Source of the DNA: Bigelowiella natans CCMP2755
Lineage: Eukaryota > Protista > Cercozoa
Direction of reading: 5' to 3'
Length of the DNA: 64,000 bases
Assembly: GCA_000320545.1 (NCBI GenBank)
Contig: ADNK01001797.1
Coordinates: 10,800 to 74,799, forward strand
The notes beneath the pieces are model-generated. The model saw only the letters and a list, made by a program, of their open reading frames with translations. It did no database searches and was not told the DNA's origin. A program made the translations under genes and the position numbers. Of this stretch, positions 1-14,294 are shown one piece after another. Every line of letters begins with the position of its first letter. Position 1 is the stretch's first letter.

Positions 1-128
1 AATAATAATAGTAGTAGTAGTAGTAAAATACAGTTGTAGGAGTAGTAATATCCGAACTGTGCCGTCATCATCGTCATCATCATCATTATCATTATCCTCA
101 CTACCATCATCATATTATTATTACAGTG

Positions 129-167
<39 letters not shown>

Positions 168-185
168 TATTATTATTATTTATAG

Positions 186-621
186 GCGTTTTTTGGCTTT
201 GATATCGTCTTCTATGGAAGACTTCATTACCTGTAAGCCTGAAAGCAAGACTATGAAACTTTATTCAGGTAGTAACAACAACAACAACAACAACAACAAT
301 AACACACTTATGAAGTAATATTCACGTAGTAATTCTTCTCTGTTGTTTATTGGAAAATTTTCCTTTCCGATCTCCTTTAACTTGTGGTTATCGTTGTTCC
401 CCTCTGAAGAGTGTTGGCGATGAATAAATCAATGAATAAATAATAGGGCATGATACGACAGTGTTACCGGTTTTGATTTCGTACCAGCTGTTTAATGGTA
501 ATAAATGAAGAAGAATTAACAACAACAACACAACAAGAAGAAGAAAAAGAGAGAATATTCATAATTAGTAGTGGCTGGTACAGCCTTGATTTTTCTCAAT
601 TCCCTTTACTACAAGAGCTTT

Positions 622-682
<61 letters not shown>

Positions 683-901
683 ACTATCATTGAAGGTATT
701 TAGGAACTCACTTCGCCGTCTTTTCTATAATCATCATCCACTCAATCAATCAATCATCAATCAATCATCATCATCATCATCATCATCATCATTCTACTTC
801 TCTCATGGCTAGGGACATGGCCAAGTTTTTGCTCTTCGATCGTGTGGGAGCTGCACAGGCATAAGACCACGGGGAATCATTATGTGCGCGTTCTGTACGA
901 T
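186..901 (+). CDS. Histidine acid phosphatase (clade 2, lysosomal/prostatic type), 3' exons; 5' part lies before the window, last exon not resolved
   Basis: GT-AG exons 186-268, 447-497 and 813-~901 splice to ...KTMKLYSGHDTTVLPVLISYQLFNGTWPSFCSSIVWELHRHKTTGNHYVRVLYD. This contains the catalytic HD motif and the WP.....FEL / YVRVLY features of this family. Confidence 0.78.
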
Positions 902-2617
902 GTAATCACAATTCATAGAAAAGGAAAAAATATTTTAATAGGCGCCCAAATCACCGACTCTACACACATTCTCGCATCATGGTTTAAGCTACTCTCTATT
1001 TTCTTTAGCTTCCTCACAAATTTTCCCAGTTTAAACCTTGACTCTTTTCTGCTGAGCAAATCATTATATCTCTGAAACATGAATGCATATGCCAGTTTAA
1101 ACCTATGAGTCTGCTGCCTGTGACAACAAGTGGCATTGCTCAAACCGGATCGTCCGCGTTTGTGCCTTTCGATAAATTCAAAGCTCTCACAAATAGGTGG
1201 TTGGGGCGTGGGGGGATGGTGGTCAAATACTAGCGAAAATAGGAATTGTAGTAAGCAGTTAAAAGGCATTGGGGTTGTTACTGTGTTGTTTTAAATCGTC
1301 GCCATTCTCTGAAATACTAATCAATATAGTCTATAGAGTCGCTAAAATTACCTCCATATTCGTAAATTCCTGAGGATGATTCGTTCTATTTTCAGTTTGT
1401 CGCCTACCGACTTCGAGTCAGAATGCTCTGTGTGCTGCAAACCCCATGTGAAGGAAGGCGAGTCAGTTGTACGCCAAAAGGATATTGATCCAGGGAAGTT
1501 TTAAGCTCCAAAGTTTACGAGTTTTGTATGGATATTTAGTTGCTGAATTATTGTTCTATCATTGGAAGAACTTTACTTTGAGTCCGCAATGCGTCATATT
1601 TTCTACGTTTGATTTTGGAAAATGTAACACGATGTGGGTTTTGCACACGTGTTTTCCACGCTTAGAACTAGATACTGGAACTTAGGATGCTATAGACTAC
1701 ATGGAATTGACAAAACATCGGCAAAGACGATGTCAAAGTTATTACTTGTGAACAATTGTTTGTAAATTGATGGATTGACGGATTGCCACACATTGAATCT
1801 ACGTTCCATTTCGCTGTATGTCACACTTCGTCATTTCCTTGTGCGTTTGTTTCATTGTGACGTTCCGCCGGGCCTAAATTCACGACCAGGCGCATTATTG
1901 CGCAATTTAGGATGCATGCCAGAAACAAGCGTGCATTCATTAGATTAGCAGGTTAACAACAGCTAGTTGTATATGCATGTATAGCAAGTTCGATTTGGCT
2001 TCGCTCTTACACTCTTACAATAACATCACAAACAATGTCTGTCATGTTCGTGACATGCATGATGCCTAGACGAAAACGACTATGCGAGATAAGTCCGTGA
2101 AGATTTTTTTGGGCACAATTTCTATATTGGTTGACGCCACATATATCTATGTACGAAATGTAATATACTAGCATGACAGCAGCATCGTAAGTCTGTTGCG
2201 TGTAACTGTCTAGACTATGAGGGCACTGCACCTATACCAGCTGCTAGCGTGGCATTGCGCTCTTGATCATCATCAGTTGCATACATATTCATCCTACCTG
2301 CTGCATTGGACAGCTAGCACGCACAGAAATCGAAGATCTAGAGTCTAATATATCATTATTATCTGGCTAAACGCAAGGCTAACTGGTCGTGCAATGTTCA
2401 TTTTGATATTTATCATCGATATGATCTAAACTTCAATCCAACTTATGAACTATCCGATATGTGCCAGGGTATTTCTGAAACAGCTTCGATTCCTCACGAA
2501 GACAAGCTAGAAGCTTGCTACTTTTATCAAGAGATCGTAAAGCATGGTTCGGATATCGCTGCAACAAGAGAACATTTTACTGTTTATGCTGGCCGATATG
2601 AAGCAAAGTAGCTTCCT

Positions 2618-3734
2618 TCACGCCTTTGTAACGGGTAATCCGCCTTGGATTTGCTTATCTCCTTTCTCCTGAAACGTTGGAAGATCTTATCACGAAACAG
2701 CGGCTCATTCACGAAATGCACGAATTACCTTACAGCGAGCCTCATAGTCACTGAACCCTTTTAGTTTATAATACTTTCCATCCTTTGCAATGGGATTGCC
2801 GTCGAGTTCAATGATGAAGAGCTGGAAACAATATGACCAACAACATTGATTACTTGGTTGTAGAAGAATGTATATACATTATAACCTTTGTATCTCTCAG
2901 CAATGCCTCCGGAATACAATCAGGGCCGTCCAAGTTATTATTCAGACACGAAATCTTCCTAATTTCAGCTAAGTTTCCAAGTCCTTGGGGGAGGCTTGTG
3001 AGTAAATTCGAGTCAACCTAAAGAAAGACATTCAATATTCATGGTGGCCGTCTGCTTCACAGCGTTTAGAGTTCCATCAACACTTAGATATTGTCGCTTA
3101 ACCGGAATCTACACGCTTGTGTACTATCAATTCTTATATTGCTGAAGATGTCAGACACCTTGAATGTCTGCAAACTAGATACGTTCCCCAATGTATCCGG
3201 AAGACGTTTAAGCTAAAGATAAAAGGTATTTAGATCAAAGTGTCCAAAACAAGAAAATGGCTGCTGAGTATTCACCCTGTTTTCGCTGAGATTTAGTTCC
3301 CGCAAGTTCGGAGCCAAAGCTGTTGATTTCTCTTTTGATTCCCCTGGTATTCCTAAGTCAATGATCAAATTTGATGAGAGATCGATAAGCTCCAGTCTCT
3401 TTAACGACCACAGCTCCACTGGAACTGCAGCGATGCGATTTCCAGATAGTATAAGCTTTTGCATTCGCTCAAGGTATGAGATCGAGGGAGGAATGGATAC
3501 TATTCGGTTGAAGGATACATCCAGCGCTTTTACTTTCTTAAGAACTTTGATATCATCATCAAGCTTTTCTATTATGTTCTCTCTGAGATTAATAACTCGA
3601 AGCTTCTCTCCAATAAGATACAGCCTCTTAGGAATTCTTTTCAACTTGAGGCCAACAAGATTTACCGAACCAGTCTTTTCGCCCCTATTTAACTTGGCAC
3701 TCTTGCTTTCTGTACTAGAGCACACCCCACCCAT
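2618..3734 (-). CDS. LRRC57: LRRC57-like leucine-rich repeat protein, predicted N-myristoylated (MGGVCSS), about 5 exons
   Basis: ORF 3213-3734 has tandem LxxLxLxxN repeats after ...EKTGSVNL. Downstream exons give IPEALLRDTK/LFIIELDGNP...LKGFSDYEARCK/EKGDKQIQGGLPVTKA*, which resembles the LRRC57 C-terminus. Stop at 2618-2620. Confidence 0.75.
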
Positions 3735-4259
3735 GATGTAACGGTGCTACTCCTCCAACGTGCGCTTCATTTTCTTCGTTAAAAATGTCTGTTATCAAAT
3801 GTGACGATCAATATGAGAGCTTGGCAAGCCCAAAATTGAATGGTAAACTTAGACGGTGACTTCAAATCCGAATGTGCTAGATGTGTGATGTTTTGAGAAT
3901 GGGAAGGTGTGGGAGAGGGAGGGAAAAGCAAGCACGATTCACCTTCGACCCGCACGTGTCTTTTCGAATCGCTCCCTTCGGTTAATAAATGAATAAATAT
4001 AGTTCCTAATGGCCTACAAAAACTAGGTGCGACATCATCATACACATGTCTTACTGTCTCATGATGAAACATAATGTCGGCAAACGGGATCCGAAGAAGA
4101 TAAAGGAGGGAGAGGAGGAGAGATGTACTGCTTCCCCCCCTCTCGCCAACTATCGACGTGCCTCTTATGATCATCGCTCCTCTTCTTCTATTTCTTCCTA
4201 ACACTCGCAATCTTCCCTGGGAACTGATGCCAAAATGATGGTTAAATCCACATATTACT

Positions 4260-4293
<34 letters not shown>

Positions 4294-4343
4294 AACGAAG
4301 CTTCGGGGAGGCTAACAGCAAGGCGAGCGAGCTGCTCTACGAC

Positions 4344-5502
4344 ATGCTCCGAGTGAATCATGTGAAGGGCAGTCATAATCGATTCAGAATGAAGGCCGTT
4401 GCGGTTCTTCTTATATCGTTTGTGAGTTGTTGTCAGCTTCTGTCTGTTGACAATACCGAGGAGAGGCCTCTTGGATCCTTTACAGCCGAAGACCAACGGC
4501 ACACGCCTGAGTAATGTTACCTCAATTCATTCCCATTCCTATGTTCTCCGTATTGTGAAACAGAAGAAGACATCGTGTTCTATGATAATATACTAATCAG
4601 CTTGTTTGATGGCGATTTCCTACTACCTGGAGCTCCGCCAAGAGATCCTGATCTTGACGGGTACTACTCATCTTGAATAAATGACCGACAAATAACGATT
4701 ATCGTGGGAGGAGGATGCTACGCATGGTGGTCCGCACGAAGTGTGTTAGCGAAGAAGGGGGTCAGGGTCCAAATTGACTTATTGTGTTGAATTAAATACA
4801 GAAGCGAATCCATACGCTATCGACATCCATTTGGAAGCACCAGTCAGTAAACAAATGATTGATTCAAGCACCACCATCCCCACCACCATCATTTACATTA
4901 GCAGTATCAGCGGCAACGATGAATCTCTCAATGACTTTGTGAATTGCATATAATGTTGCATGTATGTAGAGAAGGGCGAGAGTAGCGACCCTCGTACTCT
5001 ACCAGCTGCACGTGAGTATAGAGACTATCTACATTGTGAAAAGGTAGATAGAAAGTAAGCAAGTAGCTAAGTTAATAAGAGCAAATTGTATCACAACTGC
5101 TCCCCTTAATAAAATCACTGTCCACGCCTCCCCCCTCCCTCCTCCTCCTCCTCCTCCTCCTTCTCTCGTCATCGCCATCATCGTCATGCGTGTCGTCTTT
5201 GTATCAATCGATTACTTGGAGCATTGTTAGCATAATTATTGAATAAAGTCTTTACAGATGACATTCCTTTGGCCAATTATACGTAGAAATTTATTCCTGA
5301 AATGGAATACGCTATGGCCTGTAGATGTCGTCTACGGATGAACAAGCATGTGGTAGTAACTAGTTGTTTCATAGCACCGTGTGACTGACTGAATGACTGA
5401 CTCTGTTGTTGAGGAAGAAGAAGAAGAAGAAGAGCCTTGATCCGTTAGATTCGGTGTTGGTTCTTTATATGTAAACCGATCTAATCGTCAATGCGTGCGT
5501 GC

Positions 5503-5533
<31 letters not shown>

Positions 5534-6017
5534 TGTGTGTGTACATTGTGCTGCTCAACGACCTCCTCCTAATCCTCCTCCTCCTCTTCTTCTTCTCCTT
5601 TGTGCACCAACCTTAGATTTACGTCGAGCGCGAGTGGATTGGAGATACAAACACCGCTAATAGGTGAAGGAAAGAGAATATATTAGTATACAAATATAAG
5701 ACTGTCTTTCCTCCTCCTCATTATTATCAACTATTATTATTATTGTTATTGTTATTATTTTTCTAATTATTTTGTGATCTTCTGTGATCATATAGCCTAG
5801 GTGTGCAGGTAGGGACGTGGCGTGATCGGTTCTTTGCTTTTCGAGAATTGAACGATAAGAAGAAACGGTCAGTAGCGATGAGGAAGAGGACAAGAGGCCC
5901 CGAGAAAGCAAATCTGGTCATCATTATCACCATCGTTGTCGTCGTCGTCATCATCATCATCATCATCGTAAGTACTACGACTGATGATTTGATCTACTGT
6001 CATTACTTAATTCTGTA

Positions 6018-6061
<44 letters not shown>

Positions 6062-8470
6062 AAATATATCATGCGACGATTATTGTCAGGGATTATTCCA
6101 TGAAATTATCATCTTACTTAGTAGAGGGACCGCTCTCTCACATAAAAATAACGGCTGCATTATGTTTTTCTGTCTATAGGATGATACTGCTACGACTCCA
6201 AACTGTGGTGATGATAATAAATCGAGTTCTCATCAGTATGACTCTTCCTCCTCCTCCTATACATATTACACAACAACCGAAGATGGTGGTGACGATAGTG
6301 AAATGGCTGATAAAGCCGCTGTGACTACGAATAGTGGTGCCGTTGAAGCAAACGATTCATCATCATACCCTCTCAAAGAGTATCACCACCGTAAGCAATC
6401 CGATCTTAACAAGAACATCAGCGATGATGATGATGATGATGATGACAACGACGAAGAGGACTGGAATCACAAGAAAAACGCGAAGAAACAACGTGCTGAT
6501 AATGACATTGGTGATGGTGATAATCACAACAATGGTGGTGCTGATGCTTGTGACTACTACCACTCTAGCTATGGTAGAGGGGGTGGAGGAGGAAAGGACA
6601 GCTACGACGATGATGAAGAAGAAGAAGAAGATGATTATAAGAGAGCGTCAGACAGAAATCAACGACAAAGACACCAAAGAAGAAACCTATATCGTGAATT
6701 TGTATTCCAAGCACCGCTATCATCGTCTGATGATGGTGAAAATCGAGGAGAAGTTGCTGCTGATGATGATGAGCGAGCAGATGCTGCTGCTGCTGCTGCT
6801 GCTGCTGGTGGTGGTACTGATCATGGTTATTCTGAAAAAGTAGTTTCCACTGCTGTATTTGAGGAAGAAGAAGAAGAAAAGCTGGGTTATGAACGAGGAG
6901 GAGGAGAAGGAGGAGGGAGAAATGCTAAAAATTCTTCTTTTCCATCATCATCACCAATTTCCTATTTTTCCTCTCGAGGAGGCTCGAAGGTAGTGACGAT
7001 GATACAGCTAGCAGCAAGAAGAAGAAGAAGAAGACGAAGGGGCATGAAGCTAGTTGTCACCCGTTTTATGATGATGAGATTTTGTGTGTGGATAAGATGA
7101 TCTCGAGCCTACTAATAATGCATCTTTTCCCATAACGACTCAATGATGATAGTGAGGATACCATTGAGCAAGAGAGTGCTGCTGCTGCTGCTAGTCCGCC
7201 ATTAGATTGATGAACAAAAGAGATTTATTGTTCTACTACTACTACTGCTGCTGCTACTGCTACTGATATTCATGCTAAGGTATCAGCAGGAGCTCTCATC
7301 ACATGCTGGTTGGTTGAAAGGCTGTGGGTGAAATAACAAGAGGAGGGAGGGAGAGGGGGGGAGATGATCGATAGAAAGTAATAAGGCTATTGGTGAAGTG
7401 AAAGGGGTAGGTTTGATCAAAAAATGTAGTCCACGTTTGGTTTGACGGTACATTTGATGATGAGTTGCAATCCAGGAAATGAACTTATTCCTCGATGATG
7501 ATATATATTAGGTATTTATCACTTCACTCTCAATTGGTGGCAAACAAGTCCCTTCTTGACATTGGAACGTATGTCGTTTATCATAGCTGCAATCATCAGT
7601 AGCATAGACTGCTCTATATTCAAATAATCACTAATGGAATAATGACGACCGTGGCTATTGAGCCTCATTGTTGGATTTCTCACTACATCATTTTAGTAGT
7701 TGTCGTGTATATGTACATGCTCGCACATACGACGTACAACGCGGTAGAAGAAGAGAGAGCAATCAAAGCAGTAGTCCTCCAATTCGCGATGAAGTTGAAA
7801 CAACTTATTTCGGAAAAACGATGTGGATATTATGTGGGTGATCATCTTGTTTTCTCTCTTCTCTCAAGTATACCGCAATCATACTCATTCTGAGTGTGTT
7901 GTTACTGCTAATACTACAACTACTACTACTTGATGTCTTCTCCTTGGTATGTTGGCAGTGGTACAGGTATTGTAGGCATTTTTGCTGCTACTTCTCTAAG
8001 GGCCAAATCGGTCACGTTGAACGATGTAGATACACAGGTTGTGTATGTAAGACAATCGTAGCATGATGATGATGATGATGATGATGACAAGACCTTGCAT
8101 GAATTTGCAAGATGAAGTCATTGCAACCCTGCTGCCATCCTTCCTGCTACATCTTTTCTTTATCATCCATTGTGATTCACTAGCGCCATTGGCGGCTCTC
8201 GATGAACACTATCATCATCATCAAACTGCTATCAGTCAATAATCAGATAACAACCGTGAATGAATAATAAATACTTACATAACTTATACTCATCTATCGT
8301 TACGTCTCTTCCTCATTGTTCCCCTCGTGTGTTTATCCTGTCTTCTTCTCCATATCTTTTATGTTACTTTCTATAAAGTTATTAGACGTGTTAAGAACAA
8401 ATGTGGGAATAAATACCAACAAATCGCATCAGTTACGAAGAAGTCGAAGTATATCTGAAAGACGTCACAA

Positions 8471-8509
<39 letters not shown>

Positions 8510-10563
8510 TGGTAGTAGTAGTTGTTGTGGCAGTAGTGGCAGTAGTGGCAGTAGTGGCAGTAGTGGCAGTAGTGGAAGTGCGTTGATAAAGAGGGGGGGG
8601 AACATCACGATCCCTGCTACAAACGAGGTTGTTGCATCTGTTAGGAGAGAGAGCAATATCTTCTTTTGATTCTCCATATTATTCTTAGCTCATATATTAT
8701 CTGCATTCATATCTTCAACTACTACTCACCCTAACTAACATGTATGGCTATATGACGGTAGATGCTGATATCAACGGATAACCATTTTGCACTTGGAAAC
8801 GAGGAGAGTGACTCATTCAGAGGGGGGAAAGATTACAGAGGAAAACGACAATACGATATTGTAGTCGCATCTGAGCTCACAATCTCAAATGCTGATATGG
8901 CATCAAGTGTGAGAACAATTCTATCAACGTTGGTCAAACCTGGTAACAACAACAACAACTGTGCTAACCGATGCTGCTTCTGACTAATGCGCACCATATG
9001 TGATTTTTTGAATCAGGAGGAGTATTGCTCTTTGTTATTGGAAAATATGATGGCCTCAACCAAGTACAAGAGGGGGAAACAAACCCACATGAGATATAGC
9101 AACAATTACCAACAATTTCAGCTCATCATCATCATCATCATCATCATCATGATTATCATCATCGCCGTCGTTTAATAGAGCACTGCCATCCAATTTCGCT
9201 ATCCATTCCTCACAACATCTCTACTACCTCTACAACTACTACTACTACTACCACTGCCACTGATTTACCTTAAAGGATGTCTTTGTTGGATGTAATCGTA
9301 TTCTTAGCAATTCTTTTAGATACCTCACACAGATAATTGTTTATTCTTCAGGCGTTGAGGACGCTGAAGTCAGAAGCAGTCATTTTTAATGTGTGTGTGT
9401 CAACAATACTAACATTATTTAACAAAATTATTTCCTTCCATGCTTTTGTTTCACGGTGGTATTATTCCAGTTATCGTATTTATCATCCATCATCGTTAGT
9501 ATAGCAGCAGCAGCACATGCACGCCACAACGCAGTACCCAATAGGGGCACATAGGATATGATCCTATCTTTGATTCTCCCTCATTGATTACAATGTATCT
9601 ATACTAGTTACTGGACATTTCTTTGCTGACAGCGTGCTCTTCCAAACTACAACATCGATGTCGTGCAGGTGCATGCTGTTCGCCATGCACATGGATGAAT
9701 TTATAGTATCAATCACCTTGTTGATAGGAACGAACTCTATATTATCTCTCATTCCGTTATTGATTGAATTCATCTGTGTTCTCATTTGCTTTTGTTACCA
9801 ATAATATATTCTCCCAATCCGTCACGCCAGAAAATATACTCGTTGGCGTTCGAAAGCACGACGAAGCTACTTCAAACAATTCACAGCATCAATACCCTAC
9901 TCAGGTAATTTAGAAACAGAGATAATTTTTCCATTTTATTTGCGTGCATCGAAAATTTTAATAATAATCAAACGCCCTCCTGATGATAGTGATATCTCTC
10001 TTGTCCCTACTTTGCTGTTTTCAACAACAATACCAACGATAGGTGCTGCCAGACGCACTGAGGCCTCGTTCTGATCAGGTACTTCCTGTTGCTAGAAGCA
10101 TGATTGTGAAATAGTACAACGACAGAGGCAATATGACTATAAGCACAAAAAATTTGGAAACATATCCTACTTAGAAATGGTAGTACGTACACTTTCACAG
10201 CACAGAGATATTTCACCATAGCAGGCCAATTTGAAGTTTATTTCGTAGGTTACCAATCCGCCAAGGAATATCCCAGATTTTATCCAACGACTCTGGAGAA
10301 TCGCTTACAAACAAGGTGGTAAAACAACAGTAATTCGCCAATGGATATTGGTTGGAGAGTTGGACAAATGTAACGTTTTATTGTAGTAGAGTTTTAAAAA
10401 AGGATGTATTTTCAAAGGTCCAAATGGAGCAAAGTCGCCAAGTTTGAGGTCGCAGCAACGAGCCAATGGAAAAGCAGGAATAAAGGGAAACAATGCATTA
10501 CTTTCTGAGAAGGACAGGCTCATCGAGGCTGTGAGAGAAGCTTTGTCTACTACAGCAATGTAG
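4344..10563 (+). CDS. Multi-exon class I SAM-dependent methyltransferase (METTL21/23-like, Methyltransf_16) with long uncharacterised N- and C-terminal extensions; 5' exon linkage uncertain
   Basis: Exons 7512-7568 and 7959-8037 splice to YLSLHSQLVANKSLLDIGTGTGIVGIFAATSLRAKSVTLNDVD (motif I and post-I). Later exons give LLDVLRTNVGIN and YDIVVASELT...LSTLVKPGG (motif II). Further plausible + exons run to TAG at 10561-10563. Upstream + exons from ATG 4344 and the acidic exon from 6180 may or may not belong to the same gene. Confidence 0.62.
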
Positions 10564-11393
10564 CATCGAGCAATAATAGCACGTTTAGTGTAGTCGTGGC
10601 ACGAAAGTAATATCCGAAACGAGACTACATGTAAGTTATGGCTCAATATGTACAGGGGCTAGTACGTCGATGCCTGCAGCTCAAACTATCCTTGCACATG
10701 ATATATGTACGATGAATCAAGCATGCTATTGAGACTCAGCTTTCTCAAGAGAGTGTTTATATAGCGCTAGCAGCGAGCGCTGCTGAGCGCTGTGCATGCA
10801 CGTAGTGATAGCAGCTGGCCTGTAAATTCAATAAGTCAAATCGAAGCGCGGCATAGTGAGCGCGCATTTACACGTACATGATCGATCATGCCCTGGAGTG
10901 CCAACTAGTCTGCCGCCCAAACTAACGCGACGTGTATAGTTTTATATATTAGCTTCGCCTAACTGTATAAATCCTAGCTCGTAGCACATGCTTGCGCAGC
11001 AATCTCTGGTAATTATGCTACTTTGAGCGAACAAAGTTGCACGTTTGTCTCATCCTCATTGTGCAAGAAACATCATTACGCGCGACACGCTTGACGTATA
11101 TTGCGTATATTGCTGAACTCAAAGGAATTTGCTGGAAATTGTTGGTTGCATGAAACGTGTCCCTGAACGTACATGTGCACATCTAGCTGCTGCAGTAATC
11201 ATGCTGCAATAGATACCACAGATATATTGTGCAATGTTGTTTTGTGTACATAATGTGAAGATAAATACGTGTGTATACGCAACCGCGTTCGTATACGAAA
11301 AACCTATCTACGAACACATCGATGTGTAGTGTGCATATATGGTAGACTCATCCTCATGTAACTTGAAATGCAATCTAGCAACACATTAAGATA

Positions 11394-14258
11394 TTATGAA
11401 TCCAATTTTAATCGAATGACAAATTCGCGACTGTTTCTCACATTCTTGGAATTTTCTTTATTAATTCCCAAAGATCCAGATTTAGAGTCACGTAAGCACC
11501 ATTCTTTCACTTCGTTCAACTCGTTAAATCTTCCTGAGAATTGACCTAACACATATGAATCATCAACAATATCATAAAAAGAATTTCACTTGAATGGTAG
11601 CTGGTTTGATTACTTCTCCGTGAGGGTCTAGTCATTGCCCATCTCTTAATCATCTCCATCATGGAGTCAATGTATGAGATAGCAGATTGCTGCTGAATGT
11701 TCTTCGAAAACAGGTCTGGATGATTTTTATTTGCGTCGTCCTTCAATGCAACACAGGAGAATTAACAAATGATGGCACATTCACGAAAATACAAACAATT
11801 AAACCACAAATGAGTCTGTGCAATTTATGTTATTATCTGAAATACTGATGATCACACTACCACCATGAATTCGCATGTAGTCTCTGTTTCAAGCCATCTG
11901 AAGAAGCACCAAAAAACATAGGAAATATTGAGATATTTCTATAACTTAAAGGACCAACATCAACCTTGTAATTTCCTTGAGCAGCTTGACATCGTTGTTG
12001 AGGGAAAGCGCGTCACCGTCAAGTTCGTTCTTCTTCATCTTTAACTCACTGTGTAGAACTTGTTGCAGTCTATTCCCGCTGCTGAAGGTAAAATATCGTG
12101 TTTCATGTCATTGTAAATGATCAAAATCATACTTGAATAAGTGCACTGACCATTTATCATCGTCGTGATCATCCGTATTTTCGGGCATTCTTGCCCCCCC
12201 ATCTTCTTTTGCATCATTCGCCGCTTGTTTCCTTCTCTCCGCTGCTTTATTGTAGTAGCACTGCCTGTTAAGTTTCCATTGCTCTTGGCTGTTCCTCAAA
12301 TCTCGCTGATTATTAGAGGAATGATATTCATTTGAGAACTCAGAATTTCTTCAGTCCAATTTTTTTGAATGTCAGAATCAGCAAAATGCTTGTATTCCAA
12401 CTCGAGAAACAAGTCATGTCCACCTGAAGTTCTTTCAGGAGCTTTTTTTGATTTCGCACGCAACTTGTCATCTAATTTATGATTGAAAGAAACTAATAAG
12501 AAATACAAATATATGTGTATAATGTACCTATAGTCCATCAAATTACTTTTTTAAAGGTGTATTTATAGATATATCGCAGGAATCTTAAGGTATATTAATA
12601 GATACATCGCAGGAAAATAAAGCATTACCCTCTCCATCAGACTGCCTTTGGAATCAATGTGCTCTTTACCACTGTCCTCCTGAAACAGACTGTAGTTAAT
12701 ACGTTGTTCACACAGCAGCAGCAGCTGTGATCTTGTGTAGGGTAAGATTAGGAAAAAATAAACCGACTTCTAGTAAAAAGTCACAAAATGCAATAATAAG
12801 ACTTACGAAAAATCACCTTCGGACGGTGTTGATTTTCATGGTCTCCATTCTCATGAGACTTAGTACAATTTCGTGAACCATACGTGATTTTAGGCGATAC
12901 AGCCGTAGGAATATCGTCTTTGTCGCCGTCATCCTTTCTATTTGCTGATGGAGGCAGTTTTTCGTTGCTGTCGTTATCGTCCATCAATTTCATATCCATC
13001 TGTTGTTGCCCTTTTCCCGTTGCCTCTGTGAAATACGTATGTCTCGATGAACAGTTTCTTATTTTTACACTTCACGATTTACAGCTGTCGTTACAATTTT
13101 TGAATGAGAAATGGTTTGTCGTTTGTACGTTTATGAAGCGCCAATATTTGCTGCAATTTATTAACTTCCTCCTGAAGAGCTTCAACCTGCGAATGATTAC
13201 CAAAAACTTCAAGGAGATGCTGAGTGCTATTGCTTCTGACTGCAACTCTAGGCGAAGTGACTAGACTGTCTGTTATAATCAACATTTATTTCTTCTAAAT
13301 CCAAAACCGATGGATACCTTCAAATCTCTATCATTCTCTGCCTCATTCACTGCTAATTTATATCTCTTGCAATTTTCATTCGCTTCTCGGAGTTCATTCG
13401 TCAGATTGCCCACCTTTTAATTTTCAAGTTAAGGCAGTTAAAGAGGAATTAGGAAGATTAATTTCCAATCTAGGCTTCGTTCTATATGTTTACTTTGGAC
13501 TCGAATTCCGCTTTCAATTCGGCTAATGAGGTTGCTTGTTGGGCGTCCCTTTCTTCTGTTCTCTTGTGTTCCTTCATCATTCGTTGTATAGTATTTTGAA
13601 GATCGGATGCCTTTTTTTGTATATATACATGGTTTATGTTACACTCAAGCAGTGTTACTCCGTTGACAAGTGACACGACATGCCTACAACATACCTGTGA
13701 GGAGTTCGTTTCGAGCTGAGTTTTTGTCTGCTCATACCTTTCCTGCACAATTCTTAATCTCTGCTCCAGCACTTCTTTGTTTCTTTCAGCTTCTAAGCGA
13801 AGAGCTCGCTCGTTGTTGAGACTCTTCACCTTGGGAGGTTCATATTAATGAGAAAAATTTAAGCTGAAGGAAAAATTGAAAATCGAATAGTGGATTTCTA
13901 TCTGGTTGTAAGAGGTGGTGGTGATACTCCCCGATCTATAAAAATGCTTTTCTACAATAAAAAGAGAAGAGACCCATTTTGTTTTCTACAATAAATAAAT
14001 TTGATAAAATCCATTGCACCTCTTTTGCCAAAGATTCGCATTCTTTTCCTAAGGCCTTTAATTATTGGAACGAAAATTTTGAATTTTTGAGACCAACGAA
14101 CAGCAATATATCATCTACATGGAATTACCTCAATTTTGTCTTGCATAGATGAAACTTTGTTGTTTCGCTTTGCAATCTTTTTCTATAAAATTCCCCTTCA
14201 TCTTGATGTGACTTCCTAGAAGGTAACGTAAGTTCATGATAATTGAAGATATATATAA

Positions 14259-14294
<36 letters not shown>

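Noticed and set aside
3779-4321. 180 aa minus-strand ORF upstream of LRRC57
   Set aside because: It spans a divergent promoter and a (GA)n tract and has low-complexity, non-protein-like content.
5282-5286. In-frame TAG suggesting stop-codon reassignment
   Set aside because: It is explained by a 42 nt GT-AG intron. Other genes here terminate at TAG, TAA and TGA normally.
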